From Chitinophaga pinensis (GTDB lineage: Bacteria > Bacteroidota > Bacteroidia > 2-12-FULL-35-15): a stretch of 64,000 nucleotides of DNA. The translations under genes were made by a program, and so were the position numbers. Below are positions 1 through 9,809 of this stretch, in pieces (positions within the stretch are counted from its first letter, which is position 1; each line of letters begins with the position of its first letter). The DNA lies in NCBI GenBank assembly GCA_945885475.1, contig CAMCYR010000002.1:37633-101632 (forward strand), in the 5' to 3' direction. Under the pieces are notes generated by a model that saw only the letters and a list, made by a program, of their open reading frames with translations, was not told where the DNA came from and made no database searches.

Positions 1-1287
1 ACGTACACTGTGGTTGGGACAGATATAAATGGATGTAGCTCCACTAATACCGTCACAGTAACGGTGAATCCATTACCTGTTGCAACAGCTACATCTTCTG
101 CGTCAAGCGTTTGTGTTGGCACCCCTGTTACTCTTGCAGCTTCAGGTGGCGGAACTTACTCTTGGTCGCCTTCGTCTTCGCTAAGCAGCTCAACGGTATC
201 AAATCCAACGGCAACGCCATCATCAACAACAACGTATACGGTTACTGTAACCAGTGCTGCGGGTTGTACTGCAACATCAAGTGTCACACTAACAATTAAT
301 CCGATACCATCAGCGACAACAAGTGCAGATGTTGTAATTTGTGGCGGTGGATCTACAGTAATAACAGCTACTGGCGGTGGAACTTATTTCTGGAGTCCGA
401 GTGCGGGATTAAGTAGCACTGTATCTGCAACTCCTTCTGCAGCGCCAATTTCTACAACAACCTATACCGTAGTTGTATCAAATGGATCTTGTAATAACAC
501 GGCAACTGTAACGGTTACTGTGAATTCAACCTTGTCGATGACAAGTCCATCATCAACAAATTCAACCTGTGGAAATGCAGATGGAACAATCATGGCTGGA
601 GCGGTTACTGGTGGTGGAGCCCCTTTTACATATTCTTTGAACGGTGGCATTTCTCAATCCTCAGCAACATTTACAGGGTTGAGTTCAGGAACGTACACTT
701 TAACTGTAACAGACAATGCTGGCTGCACATTCAATCAAACGGTTGTTGTAAATTCGGTGTTGGGTGTGGTTGCGTCATTCACTGCAAGCCCCTCTTCAGG
801 CACCAGCCCACTTACTGTAACCCTTTCAAATTCATCCAATGGGGCAAGTGATTATTTGTGGGATTTTGGAAATGGAACGTCTTCAATTTTAACTAATCCT
901 TCTGTTGTTTATACTGCAAACGGAACCTATACCATTTTATTAATTGCATACAATGGCTCATTCGCTTGTTCTGATACCACAACGGTTACGATAAATGTAT
1001 TTGATGAAGCTTTCATGGTTGTACCAAATGTATTTACTCCCAATGGTGATTTAACAAACGACCTATTTGTAGTTCGTTCACAAGGAATTAAAGAATTAAC
1101 GGGTACAATTTTTAATCGTTGGGGGAATAAAATTTACGAGTGGAACGGTTCTCCAACAGCAGGTTGGGACGGTAAACATAGCGGGCAAGAGGCCGAGGAC
1201 GGAGTATATTTCTATGTGATCAAAGGGTTTGGTTTTGATAGAAAAGAATACGATGCATCCGGCTTTGTTCAATTATTAAGCAAATAA
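1..1287 (+). CDS. Secreted adhesin-like protein, 5'-truncated by the window edge. It has Ig-like tandem repeats, a PKD domain, and a gliding-motility/T9SS type-B C-terminal sorting domain.
   Basis: The ORF is open back to nt 1. Repeated ~80-aa units carry T(V)TVNPLP...C..G.SV.L. A PKD-like segment reads ...SPLTVTLSNSS...WDFGNGTSS. The C-terminus (VPNVFTPNGDLTNDLFVV...GVYFYVIKG...) matches the CHU_C / gliding-motility C-terminal domain. Confidence 0.8.
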   Translation, partial: TYTVVGTDINGCSSTNTVTVTVNPLPVATATSSASSVCVGTPVTLAASGGGTYSWSPSSSLSSSTVSNPTATPSSTTTYTVTVTSAAGCTATSSVTLTINPIPSATTSADVVICGGGSTVITATGGGTYFWSPSAGLSSTVSATPSAAPISTTTYTVVVSNGSCNNTATVTVTVNSTLSMTSPSSTNSTCGNADGTIMAGAVTGGGAPFTYSLNGGISQSSATFTGLSSGTYTLTVTDNAGCTFNQTVVVNSVLGVVASFTASPSSGTSPLTVTLSNSSNGASDYLWDFGNGTSSILTNPSVVYTANGTYTILLIAYNGSFACSDTTTVTINVFDEAFMVVPNVFTPNGDLTNDLFVVRSQGIKELTGTIFNRWGNKIYEWNGSPTAGWDGKHSGQEAEDGVYFYVIKGFGFDRKEYDASGFVQLLSK

Positions 1288-1360
1288 ATAATAGGAGCCT
1301 CGAGCGAGTTACTTTGTGGTTTTGTTAACAAGCTGCGGAAAAATTAGTTGAAAAGGAATA

Positions 1361-2257
1361 TTAAACTTTTTCTCTCTTTTTTTCTTTATGCTTTTCGTAT
1401 AACTGATGAACAATACCATCAGCAAGTCCGATTTGGGGAACAATAATTTTTTCTATCTCTGCTTTTTTGAGAACAGTAAGTAAAATTTTTGACGCGGGAA
1501 TAATTACATCAGCTCGATCCGGATTTAATCCAAACACTTGCATGCGCTCATCATATGAATGCGATTCGAGTAATTCGTAAAGGGTTTTTATTTTTAAAGT
1601 TGAAATAGACTTGTTGGGCTTTCTTCCAATCATTTTATACATTTTATTGATGTTTCCTCCGGAACCGATCGCGATTAAAGGTTTATATCCGGATGTTATT
1701 TCCTTGATCCAGTTTTTAAAATAGTTCCAGTATTCCTTTTCTATCTGCTCGTGCAGCATCCGGATGGTTCCTATGTTGAACGACTGAGAAACAACAACTT
1801 TGTTTTGTGAGAACAAAGTAATTTCAGTGCTTCCTCCTCCGATATCAATGTATAAATAGTTGTTTGCTTTATCTAAATGTTCCTCTATGTGATTTGAATA
1901 AATAATGTCAGCCTCTGTTTTACCATCAATGATCTCTATTTTTATTCCTGCTTCTTTTCTAACACGTGCAACGATGTCGTATCCATTTTCAGCATCTCGC
2001 ATAGCCGATGTTGCACAAGCCCGGTAATCTATGGCATCGTATACATCAATAAGATTCTTGAAGGCTTTCATTGCTGTTACCAACTTGTCTGCTTTTTTTA
2101 CGGATATTCTTTTGTTTAAAAAGGAATCTTCCCCCAAACGGATAGGCACACGAATTAATTCCGCTTTCTTAAAAAAGGTTTTACCCTTATCTTCATAAAC
2201 ATTACAAAATAATAATCTAACGGCATTGGAACCAATGTCAATTGCAGCAAATTTCAA
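1361..2257 (-). CDS. ppx: Ppx/GppA family exopolyphosphatase
   Basis: The N-terminus AAIDIGSNAVRLL is the Ppx/GppA actin-like ATPase fold. The gene lies directly downstream of ppk on the same strand, the classic ppk-ppx operon. Confidence 0.85.
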   Translation of the reverse strand: MKFAAIDIGSNAVRLLFCNVYEDKGKTFFKKAELIRVPIRLGEDSFLNKRISVKKADKLVTAMKAFKNLIDVYDAIDYRACATSAMRDAENGYDIVARVRKEAGIKIEIIDGKTEADIIYSNHIEEHLDKANNYLYIDIGGGSTEITLFSQNKVVVSQSFNIGTIRMLHEQIEKEYWNYFKNWIKEITSGYKPLIAIGSGGNINKMYKMIGRKPNKSISTLKIKTLYELLESHSYDERMQVFGLNPDRADVIIPASKILLTVLKKAEIEKIIVPQIGLADGIVHQLYEKHKEKKREKV

Positions 2258-2261
2258 TGTG

Positions 2262-4322
2262 TTACGATTTTTTTGGTTTTAATAATGTATATATTTCTTC
2301 CTGAGCGCGTATTTTAACTTTGCTGTTTGATTTACGATACGAATTGTTTTGAGTACTTCCCAATATTCTTACCTTAGTATTATCAGACCAAAGAATATTA
2401 ATTATTTTTTTTAATTGTTGCTGTATCTCTTTGTCATAAATTGGTACTGCAACTTCAGAGCGATGATCAAGATTTCTTGTCATCCAGTCGGCCGAAGATA
2501 TGAAGTATTTTTCATCACCGTTGTTGTGAAATATGAACACTCTGCTGTGTTCCAAATATTTATCTACAATACTGATTGCTTCGATGTTTTCGCTCAACCC
2601 ACTCACTCCAGCCACCAGTGAACAGATTCCGCGGACAATCAATTTAATTTTAACGCCTTCCGCACTTGCCTCATAAAGTTTTCGAATCATTTCGTCATCT
2701 ACCAAATTGTTTAATTTCAAGATGATAGAAGCCGGTTTGTTCGCTTTAGCATTCTGTATTTCTTTGTTGATAAGTTGCACCAATCGTTTACGCATGAAAA
2801 AGGGAGAAACCAACAAATGTTTATAAATCCCCCCTTTGAAATTGTCTAAATAAAAGTCAAACACTTTTTCTATTTCTTCGGTTATTATTTTATTTGACGT
2901 AAGTAATGTTTGGTCTGTATACACTTTAGATGTATCACCATTAAAATTTCCGGTTCCGATATGCGCATAGTGATTTATTTTTCCAGATTCTTTTCGCGTG
3001 ATCAGAAAAAGTTTCGAATGTACTTTTAGACCTGGAACGCCATATATTACTTTTGCGCCTTCTTCTTGCAACTTTCCCGACCAGTATATGTTTGCTTCTT
3101 CATCAAATCGCGCCTGCAACTCAATTACAGCGGTGACTTGCTTCCCGTTTTTTAGCGCATTGATCAAGGCCTTAACTATATTTGAGTTTTTGGCAACGCG
3201 ATAAAGCGTTATTCGAATGCTCTGAACTTTAGGATCAATAGATGCTTCTCTCAGAAGATCGATGATATGATCAAATGATTGATAAGGATAAGTTAATAAA
3301 ACATCTTTCTTTTTTATCACCTTAATAATAGATGATTGATCTTTTAGATCCGGATGTTTTAATGGAATATTTTTTTTATAACTAAGGTCGGGATGCCCGA
3401 TATTCGGAAAGGAAATAAAATCTTTAAAATTATGATAGCGTCCCCCGGGGATCGGATTGTCGTCTTTTCCCAGCTTAATTTTTTTCATTATAAAATCAAG
3501 CATATCCGGAGCAATCTCACTATCATATACAAGTCGTACCGGTTGTCCGGTTTTCCGCGCCTTTAATCCTTTTGATATTTTTTCAACAAAACTTTTTGAA
3601 AGGTCGGTATCAATATCTATTTCAGCATCTCTCGTTAGTTTGATGTTATAAGATTCGATATAGTCGTGGTCAAAATTCTGAAAAATATCATCCAAACAAT
3701 AACGGATAACATCGTCTAAAAGAAGAATATAATTTTTATCTTTTTCTTTTGGCAACACAACAAACCTGGAAATTGTATCTGTTGGAACTTCAATAATAGC
3801 GTATTTGTTCTTTTTCGATGAATCCTTTCGTCCAAGTTTAATGATCAAATATCCTAACCGGTCTTTCAGGTAGGGAAAGGGTGATGGGCTATCAAGCATT
3901 ATTGGAAACAATGACCCTTTCACCTTTTCTCTGAAATACTCTTTTACAAAGGTTCCCTGTGCAGGCGATAATTGCTTCTCATTGATGATGGAAATATTTT
4001 GTTTATTAAGCTCACGTATAATAACCTGATATATATGTTCAAATTTATCTTGTTGAGCAATTACCGCTTGTTTAATTTTTTCCAACAGCCGAACAGGGTT
4101 TTCCCCCATTAATTCTTCTGCTTTTTTTTGATGCTTTACAACGCGTTTAAGGGTTGCAACTCGAACTCTAAAAAACTCATCCCTGTTATTAGAGTAAATA
4201 CCTAAAAATTTTAAGCGTTCAATCAGGGGTACGGTTTTGTCCTCCGCTTCTTGCAGAACCCTGTCATTAAATGCTAACCAGCTTAATTCACGATTAATTA
4301 AAACAACATTTTTTTTTAGCAT
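2262..4322 (-). CDS. ppk: Polyphosphate kinase 1
   Basis: The protein is 686 aa. The N-terminus INRELSWLAFNDRVLQEA and the overall PPK1 architecture are recognisable, including the conserved PLD-like C-terminal domains. Confidence 0.95.
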   Translation of the reverse strand: MLKKNVVLINRELSWLAFNDRVLQEAEDKTVPLIERLKFLGIYSNNRDEFFRVRVATLKRVVKHQKKAEELMGENPVRLLEKIKQAVIAQQDKFEHIYQVIIRELNKQNISIINEKQLSPAQGTFVKEYFREKVKGSLFPIMLDSPSPFPYLKDRLGYLIIKLGRKDSSKKNKYAIIEVPTDTISRFVVLPKEKDKNYILLLDDVIRYCLDDIFQNFDHDYIESYNIKLTRDAEIDIDTDLSKSFVEKISKGLKARKTGQPVRLVYDSEIAPDMLDFIMKKIKLGKDDNPIPGGRYHNFKDFISFPNIGHPDLSYKKNIPLKHPDLKDQSSIIKVIKKKDVLLTYPYQSFDHIIDLLREASIDPKVQSIRITLYRVAKNSNIVKALINALKNGKQVTAVIELQARFDEEANIYWSGKLQEEGAKVIYGVPGLKVHSKLFLITRKESGKINHYAHIGTGNFNGDTSKVYTDQTLLTSNKIITEEIEKVFDFYLDNFKGGIYKHLLVSPFFMRKRLVQLINKEIQNAKANKPASIILKLNNLVDDEMIRKLYEASAEGVKIKLIVRGICSLVAGVSGLSENIEAISIVDKYLEHSRVFIFHNNGDEKYFISSADWMTRNLDHRSEVAVPIYDKEIQQQLKKIINILWSDNTKVRILGSTQNNSYRKSNSKVKIRAQEEIYTLLKPKKS

Positions 4323-4359
4323 ACCTCACAAAAAATATCAACACTAAAATTACGAAATA

Positions 4360-4632
4360 TTATTTTTTGCTTTTAACCTTTTTTACGGTTTTCAACTTCT
4401 TTACAGCCGTTTTAGCATTAGCCTTCTTTTTTACGGTTTTTACTGGCTTAGTCTTAATCGCTACTTCGGTTTTTTGTTTCAGTGTTTTTGAAAACTTTTT
4501 TGCAATCAATTTACACACTTCGACTGTAGTTTTTCGAATTTTAGCAGCTGCCTCTGCGTTTTGTTTTGATAGAACTTCTTCAATCGTTTTTACTAATCGG
4601 AGTTCAAGTTCTTTGCGGTGGGTCTTATTCAT
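4360..4632 (-). CDS. Histone H1-like (HC1-like) lysine-rich DNA-binding protein
   Basis: A 90-aa protein that is extremely K/A-rich, with a C-terminal KKxKxVKK repeat tail. Such proteins are typical of Bacteroidota. Confidence 0.65.
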   Translation of the reverse strand: MNKTHRKELELRLVKTIEEVLSKQNAEAAAKIRKTTVEVCKLIAKKFSKTLKQKTEVAIKTKPVKTVKKKANAKTAVKKLKTVKKVKSKK

Positions 4633-4721
4633 TGTTTTTTAGATTTAGAAATTAAAAGTGAGAAAAATAGTGTTCCATATAACCAGCAGTTTAAACCTTA
4701 ACAATTTGTTAACGGATGTAT

Positions 4722-5216
4722 TTAAGCGTGTTTTTTTGGAAAGTCGACATATGTTATGGAATTATTTTTTCTTTCAAAATATTTCCACTCTTTTTCATCT
4801 GATGTTATTCCAACTATTCCGCAAGTGGGAATTTCTTCTGAACATGCGTTCGTAAGTTCATTTGCCATGTTCGTGATTGTCGGGTTGTGGCCAAATAAAA
4901 AGACCGTTTTAAATTTGTTGTCAGTTTGGGTGATGCAGCGGAGATATTCTTTTACGGAAGTATCGTATAACTGTTGATTGATCTCTATTGTTTTTGGGTC
5001 GAGTTTAAGGGTTCTACAAAATATTAAAGCTGTTGAAAGAGCTCTAATGGCAGGACTACTTATAATTATATCTGGGATAATATTTTTGTTTTTAAAGATC
5101 AAGCTCATTTTGTGTGCATCAGCATAACCCCGCTCATTCAAAGGACGATCGATGTCAGAAATTTCAGCGAGCGAGCGATCGGATTTGGCATGACGAATAA
5201 GATAAAGTGTTTTCAT
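4722..5216 (-). CDS. sixA: Histidine phosphatase family protein (SixA-like phosphohistidine phosphatase)
   Basis: The N-terminus LYLIRHAKS carries the RHG catalytic motif. Size is ~160 aa, with a conserved GHNP motif near the C-terminus. Confidence 0.8.
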   Translation of the reverse strand: MKTLYLIRHAKSDRSLAEISDIDRPLNERGYADAHKMSLIFKNKNIIPDIIISSPAIRALSTALIFCRTLKLDPKTIEINQQLYDTSVKEYLRCITQTDNKFKTVFLFGHNPTITNMANELTNACSEEIPTCGIVGITSDEKEWKYFERKNNSITYVDFPKKHA

Positions 5217-5259
5217 TTTTATTTATTTATCTTTAAGCTGAAATTCAGATAGTAAATGT

Positions 5260-6066
5260 ATGTTATTTTTGAGGATAATTTTCCCAGTATTTCTTTTTTC
5301 TTTTTTAGGAATTGTTATTTCTAACAAAACAATAGTTCTTGAAGCGCCCTTCTTAAAAAGATTTTCCGACAGCACAAAAATATTTTCTCAAAAATTTTAT
5401 CCGAAAACAAATAAAAAAGATCAAGTTATTAAACACGTGGCTTATACGCTTTGTTACGATGAAAATTTTGAACAGGCAAAATGGGTTGCATATCTTCTCA
5501 CTTCTAAAATGTGCAGCAATAAAGAGGAGGAGCGAACGGATAACTTCAGAGAAGACCCATCTGTCATGACTGGTTCTGCTGTTCCTAATGACTATAAAAA
5601 ATCAGGTTACGATCGCGGTCATCTCTGTCCTGCAGGTGATATGGGCTGGAGTGAAGCAGCAATGAGCGAGTCTTTTTTTATGAGTAATATGAGTCCTCAG
5701 CAGCCGAAGTTTAATCGTGGTATCTGGAAAACCCTTGAAATGCAGGTGCGTGAATGGGCTAAAAAAGAAGAAGAGCTCTATGTCATAACTGCTGGCGTTT
5801 TAGAGAAAGGTTTACCATCCATCGGAGTAAAAAACAAAGTTGCTGTTCCTAAATATTACTATAAAATTATTTTGGATGTATTTGGTTCCGAAAAAAAAGC
5901 AATCGCATTTGTAATGCCGAATGAAGGAAGTAAAGAATCTATTTTCTTTTACGCTGTTTCGGTAGATTCTGTTGAACGCTTAACACAAATTAACTTTTTC
6001 CCTGCCTTGCCGGATACCCTCGAAAACAAATTAGAATCGCATTTGAACGTTGATCTCTGGAAATAG
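5260..6066 (+). CDS. Secreted DNA/RNA non-specific endonuclease (Serratia NucA-like, Endonuclease_NS)
   Basis: There is an N-terminal hydrophobic signal and the DRGHLCPAGD active-site motif with its conserved downstream N (…SNMSPQ…). Confidence 0.85.
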   Translation: MLFLRIIFPVFLFSFLGIVISNKTIVLEAPFLKRFSDSTKIFSQKFYPKTNKKDQVIKHVAYTLCYDENFEQAKWVAYLLTSKMCSNKEEERTDNFREDPSVMTGSAVPNDYKKSGYDRGHLCPAGDMGWSEAAMSESFFMSNMSPQQPKFNRGIWKTLEMQVREWAKKEEELYVITAGVLEKGLPSIGVKNKVAVPKYYYKIILDVFGSEKKAIAFVMPNEGSKESIFFYAVSVDSVERLTQINFFPALPDTLENKLESHLNVDLWK

Positions 6067-6309
6067 AAATTGGTGCTTTAAAATAAATTTTTTAAATAGA
6101 AAATCTATCTAACAAAACAGACTCTTTTTAGTGGTAATCTTTGCATTTTCTTTCATATTAAAAGCGCAGGATAATAAAGTTGAATAGACCATTAAACTAA
6201 TTGGAGTAGCTGAAATGCAAATGGTTTTTGTTTATAAGTCCTTCACAATTGAGCTATTGCTCAACGAACATAATTGTTCTAGGAAGTTAGCTGTAGTCCG
6301 ATAAAATAC

Positions 6310-6336
6310 CCCCCTCACACGATTGAGGTTTTTTTA
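6310..6336 (+). terminator. Weak hairpin plus T-run, a possible terminator
   Basis: CCTCA-cacgat-TGAGG followed by TTTTTTT. The stem is only 5 bp and the site is about 250 nt from the nearest stop codon. Confidence 0.3.
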
Positions 6337-6343
6337 CTAGAGC

Positions 6344-6613
6344 TTATTTATTTCTTCTTCTTTTTCCTTTTCCAGGAGAGTTACTAAAACCATCTCCATC
6401 AACCTTATACTCTTTCTTTTTTCTTCTATTGTATGCTGTTCCGTTGTGTTTCATTTTCGGATCTCTTTTTTGTCTGTCGAAGTGTCGCATTTGACCGCGG
6501 GGTTTTACATTCGATCCGGAGCCCTTTTCTGCACTACCTTTTCCAGCGGCCTGAGAATATCCAGCACTTGTTAATCCGAAAACAAGTAAAAACAGAAATA
6601 ATATTTTTTTCAT
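6344..6613 (-). CDS. Small secreted, highly basic hypothetical protein
   Basis: The signal peptide is MKKILFLFLLVFGLTSAGYSQA and the mature part is K/R/G-rich. The longer ORF that starts at 6667 is less likely. Confidence 0.5.
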   Translation of the reverse strand: MKKILFLFLLVFGLTSAGYSQAAGKGSAEKGSGSNVKPRGQMRHFDRQKRDPKMKHNGTAYNRRKKKEYKVDGDGFSNSPGKGKRRRNK

Positions 6614-6734
6614 TAGTGAGAGAGGTATGGGATATATGTTAGCAGCAAATATAATTATTAGTTTCAATTTATTTTCATTCGCTCGTAAAATTATGTAATT
6701 TAGTGACTAATTAACTATTTAATGTGATAATCGA

Positions 6735-6947
6735 ATGAAAAAATATACCAAAGTATTCCTTGTTTTAGGAGGCTTATGTTTGTTTTCACTACTTGCTTGC
6801 GGAGGTGCTGAAAAAAAGACTGAAGCGCCTGCTGATATTGCAAATGAAAAATATCAATGTCCGATGAAATGTACCGAAGAAATACTTGATAAAGCGGGCA
6901 ATTGTTCTCTTTGTGGAATGGAATTAGAAAAAATAACTAAAAGCTAA
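6735..6947 (+). CDS. Stand-alone lipoprotein with a heavy-metal-binding domain (HMBD; CPM...C..CGM..L motif)
   Basis: The lipobox is LLACG. The motif YQCPMKCTEEILDKAGNCSLCGMEL resembles the HMBD found at the N-termini of CusB and CopA-type proteins. Confidence 0.55.
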   Translation: MKKYTKVFLVLGGLCLFSLLACGGAEKKTEAPADIANEKYQCPMKCTEEILDKAGNCSLCGMELEKITKS

Positions 6948-6959
6948 CTAAAAGCTAAA

Positions 6960-8039
6960 ATGAAAAAAAGTCTTACAATCGTACTCGCTTTGTTTACATC
7001 AACAACAGCATTTTCTCAAGCTTACAACAGTCCAGAAAGCATCGAATTTGATTATGCGAATAACCGTTGGTTAATTTCCAACAATGGAAGTGGACAGGTT
7101 TTGACACGAAGCAGTGTAACTGGTGCTCGTGCAGTTTTTGCTTCTGGAATAACAAGCGGTCCCCATGGATTAGAGATAGTTAATGACACCTTGTATGTAT
7201 GCGATGGTGGAAATATAAAAATGTATAATATTAATACTGCGGCTTCATTAGGAACAATTGCTATGGGTGCTACATTTTTAAATGGAATCACACACGATAA
7301 TACTTATTTATATGCAACAGATTTTTCTGCAAAAAAGATCTACCGCATAAATATCGCAACCCGTGCATTCAGCATTTATGTGACCGGTTTGGCAAAAAGT
7401 CCCAATGGAATTATTTATGACGCTCCGAATAATCGTTGTGTTTTTGTGAATTGGGGAACTTCTGCTCCGATCATGGCATTGGATGTGACCACTGCTGCTA
7501 CTTCTGTAATTACTGCTACAACACTTAGTAATTGTGATGGAATCGCAAAAGACGGTACTGGAAATTATTATGTATCTTCTTGGGGTCTTAATGGAATCAG
7601 TAGGTTTAACAATACGTTCACCGGCGGCCCAACAACTGTAGTTACAGGATTAAGCAGTCCGGCAGATATTTGTTACAATATTCTTACAGATACTTTAGGT
7701 AACCCGAATTCCGGAACTTTAAACAACACAACGTATCATTATTTCGGAAGCGCGACAGCTATTGACGAATCAGAAAAATCTAAATTCAAATTTTTAGTTA
7801 ATCCCAATCCTATTGCTAAAACAGCTGAAATAAAATTTGAACTAAAGTCGGAAGGAAATGTAAAAATTGAATTATACGATGTAAAAGGACAATTGGTAAA
7901 GACAATTGTGAATCAAACTCAATCAATAGGGATGCATTCTATAAACTTTGATCGATCAAGTCTTTCTGCAGGAAACTATTTTTTCACAATTTCAACTTCA
8001 GTTGGAACTGAAACTAAAAAGGTTGTGATTGTGGAGTAA
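6960..8039 (+). CDS. Secreted beta-propeller protein (SMP-30/NHL-like) with a T9SS (Por) type-A C-terminal sorting domain
   Basis: It has a signal peptide, repeated beta-propeller blades, and the C-terminus ...KIELYDVKGQLVKTIVNQ...AGNYFFTIS...KVVIVE, which is typical of the T9SS CTD. Confidence 0.8.
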   Translation: MKKSLTIVLALFTSTTAFSQAYNSPESIEFDYANNRWLISNNGSGQVLTRSSVTGARAVFASGITSGPHGLEIVNDTLYVCDGGNIKMYNINTAASLGTIAMGATFLNGITHDNTYLYATDFSAKKIYRINIATRAFSIYVTGLAKSPNGIIYDAPNNRCVFVNWGTSAPIMALDVTTAATSVITATTLSNCDGIAKDGTGNYYVSSWGLNGISRFNNTFTGGPTTVVTGLSSPADICYNILTDTLGNPNSGTLNNTTYHYFGSATAIDESEKSKFKFLVNPNPIAKTAEIKFELKSEGNVKIELYDVKGQLVKTIVNQTQSIGMHSINFDRSSLSAGNYFFTISTSVGTETKKVVIVE

Positions 8040-8057
8040 AAATCAATTGCAATAAAT

Positions 8058-8093
8058 AAAAAAACGTCTCGCAATATTGCGAGACGTTTTTGT
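8058..8093. terminator. Bidirectional rho-independent terminator between convergent genes
   Basis: The stem ACGTCTCGCAA/TTGCGAGACGT is 11 bp and perfect, with an A-run before it and a T-run after it. Confidence 0.75.
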
Positions 8094-8102
8094 TTGAAAT
8101 GT

Positions 8103-8132
8103 TATCTGTGAAAATCTGAGTAATCTGTGGTG
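8103..8132. repeat. Triple ATCTGTG motif. A second copy is at 29289-29319.
   Basis: tATCTGTGaaAATCTGaGtAATCTGTGGTG here, compared with ttATCTGTGtaAATCTGTGaAATCTGTGGTG in the nuoM-nuoN gap. Confidence 0.4.
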
Positions 8133-8137
8133 CCTCT

Positions 8138-9469
8138 CTACAAAAACTCATTCGCTAAATTTGCTAACTCAGAACGCTCTCCTTTTTCCAATGTAATGTG
8201 CGCATATAAATTTTGGTTCTTTAATTTATCGATCAGGTAAGACAAGCCATTACTTTGTGTATCCAGATAAGGTGTGTCGATTTGATGAATATCACCCGTA
8301 AAGATCATTTTAGTGTTTTCACCTGCACGTGAAATAATTGTCTTTACTTCATGTGGCGTTAAGTTTTGTGCTTCATCCACAATAAAGAAAACATCAGACA
8401 AGCTTCTGCCGCGGATATATGCAAGCGGACAAACAACTAACTTTTCATTCTCTACCATCTCGGTTATTTGTTTGTATTCTTTATCTTTTTCAGTAAACTG
8501 ATTTTTGATAAATTTTAAATTATCCCACAACGGTTCCATATATGGATTCAACTTCGATTTGATATCTCCCGGTAAATAACCAATGTCTTTGTTGCTCAAG
8601 GGCACGATAGGCCGTGCTAAATAGATCTGATGAAATGTTCTGCGCTGTTCCAATGCTCCAGCCAACGATAACAATGTTTTTCCTGTACCTGCAACACCTT
8701 GAATCGATACTAATTTAATATCCGGATTCATGATAGCATCCAATGCAAACGCTTGTTCGGCATTGCGCGGGTTCACACCAAAAGCGGTAACCTTTTTAAC
8801 GCGCTCTAACAAATCTTTCCCCGGACTGTATGAAGCGAGTACAGATTTTGTACCGTTCTTTAAAACATAAAAATGATTAGATGTAGGCTTTTGTTTTTTT
8901 AATAATGCAGAGGGATCACAAAATCCCTTTTCATAAATTTCATTGATTACTTCCGTAGAAACTTTTTGAATTTCACTGCGTCCGGTATAAAGTTGTTCGT
9001 TTACATCTTTGATTTTTCCGGTCTCGTAATCTTCGGCATTCAAGCCCAACGATTTTGCTTTAATGCGAAGATTGATGTCTTTGGTGACCATCACTACTTT
9101 TATTTTTGGATGCTTTTCCGCAACATAAAGAGCAGTATTTAAAATTCGGTGATCTGCTTTCCGTTCACCAAATACTTTTTCTGCATCAATTTTAGAATTC
9201 TGATGCATTTCAATCTTAATCATGCCATGACCTTTGCCATTGATGTTTATCCAATCCTGAAGTATATTGCCGTTGGATATTTTGTCGATGTATCGGGTGA
9301 ACTCACGTGCAGCATAATTTTTTGTGTCGTTTCCCTTTTTGAAATTATCCAACTCCTCTAAAACCGTTATCGGAATTACTACATCATGTTCCTTGAAACT
9401 TTTGGCCGCCATGTGATCATAAATAATTACAGACGTATCAAGAACAAAAATTTTTTTTTCTTTCACCAT
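8138..9469 (-). CDS. phoH: PhoH-like ATPase with an N-terminal PIN domain (YlaK-type)
   Basis: The N-terminus IFVLDTSVIIYD indicates a PIN domain. The C-terminal half has the Walker A motif GVAGTGKT and the PhoH signature. Confidence 0.9.
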   Translation of the reverse strand: MVKEKKIFVLDTSVIIYDHMAAKSFKEHDVVIPITVLEELDNFKKGNDTKNYAAREFTRYIDKISNGNILQDWININGKGHGMIKIEMHQNSKIDAEKVFGERKADHRILNTALYVAEKHPKIKVVMVTKDINLRIKAKSLGLNAEDYETGKIKDVNEQLYTGRSEIQKVSTEVINEIYEKGFCDPSALLKKQKPTSNHFYVLKNGTKSVLASYSPGKDLLERVKKVTAFGVNPRNAEQAFALDAIMNPDIKLVSIQGVAGTGKTLLSLAGALEQRRTFHQIYLARPIVPLSNKDIGYLPGDIKSKLNPYMEPLWDNLKFIKNQFTEKDKEYKQITEMVENEKLVVCPLAYIRGRSLSDVFFIVDEAQNLTPHEVKTIISRAGENTKMIFTGDIHQIDTPYLDTQSNGLSYLIDKLKNQNLYAHITLEKGERSELANLANEFL

Positions 9470-9809
9470 AAACAGAACGCTTAAATAAGGTTGATATTCA
9501 ACTAAACATTTTCAACAGTAATCTGGAGGTTATGCAGATAGAACAGCGGTTTAGTTTCGGGATAAAGCTATAAAAACAAAAACGCCCTTTGCAGATGGAT
9601 ATTATAAAGTAATGAACAATTTGTTGTTAGCGTTGTTAAATTTACTTAAAGATTATATAAAAATAAGTTTCAATTAAGTCTGAAATTAGTTTATGAAAAA
9701 GTATTCAGCTATCAAAAAGAAGTATTCATCTAAAAGAAATCGAAAGACTTGTTTCGTTGAAAATTATAAACGAAATTCGTTTCATAAATCTCTCAAAACT
9801 ATATTTTAA

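Noticed and set aside
4367-4642. 91-aa plus-strand ORF rich in F/V/T
   Set aside because: It is antisense to the lysine-rich H1-like gene (AAA/AAG read as TTT/CTT).
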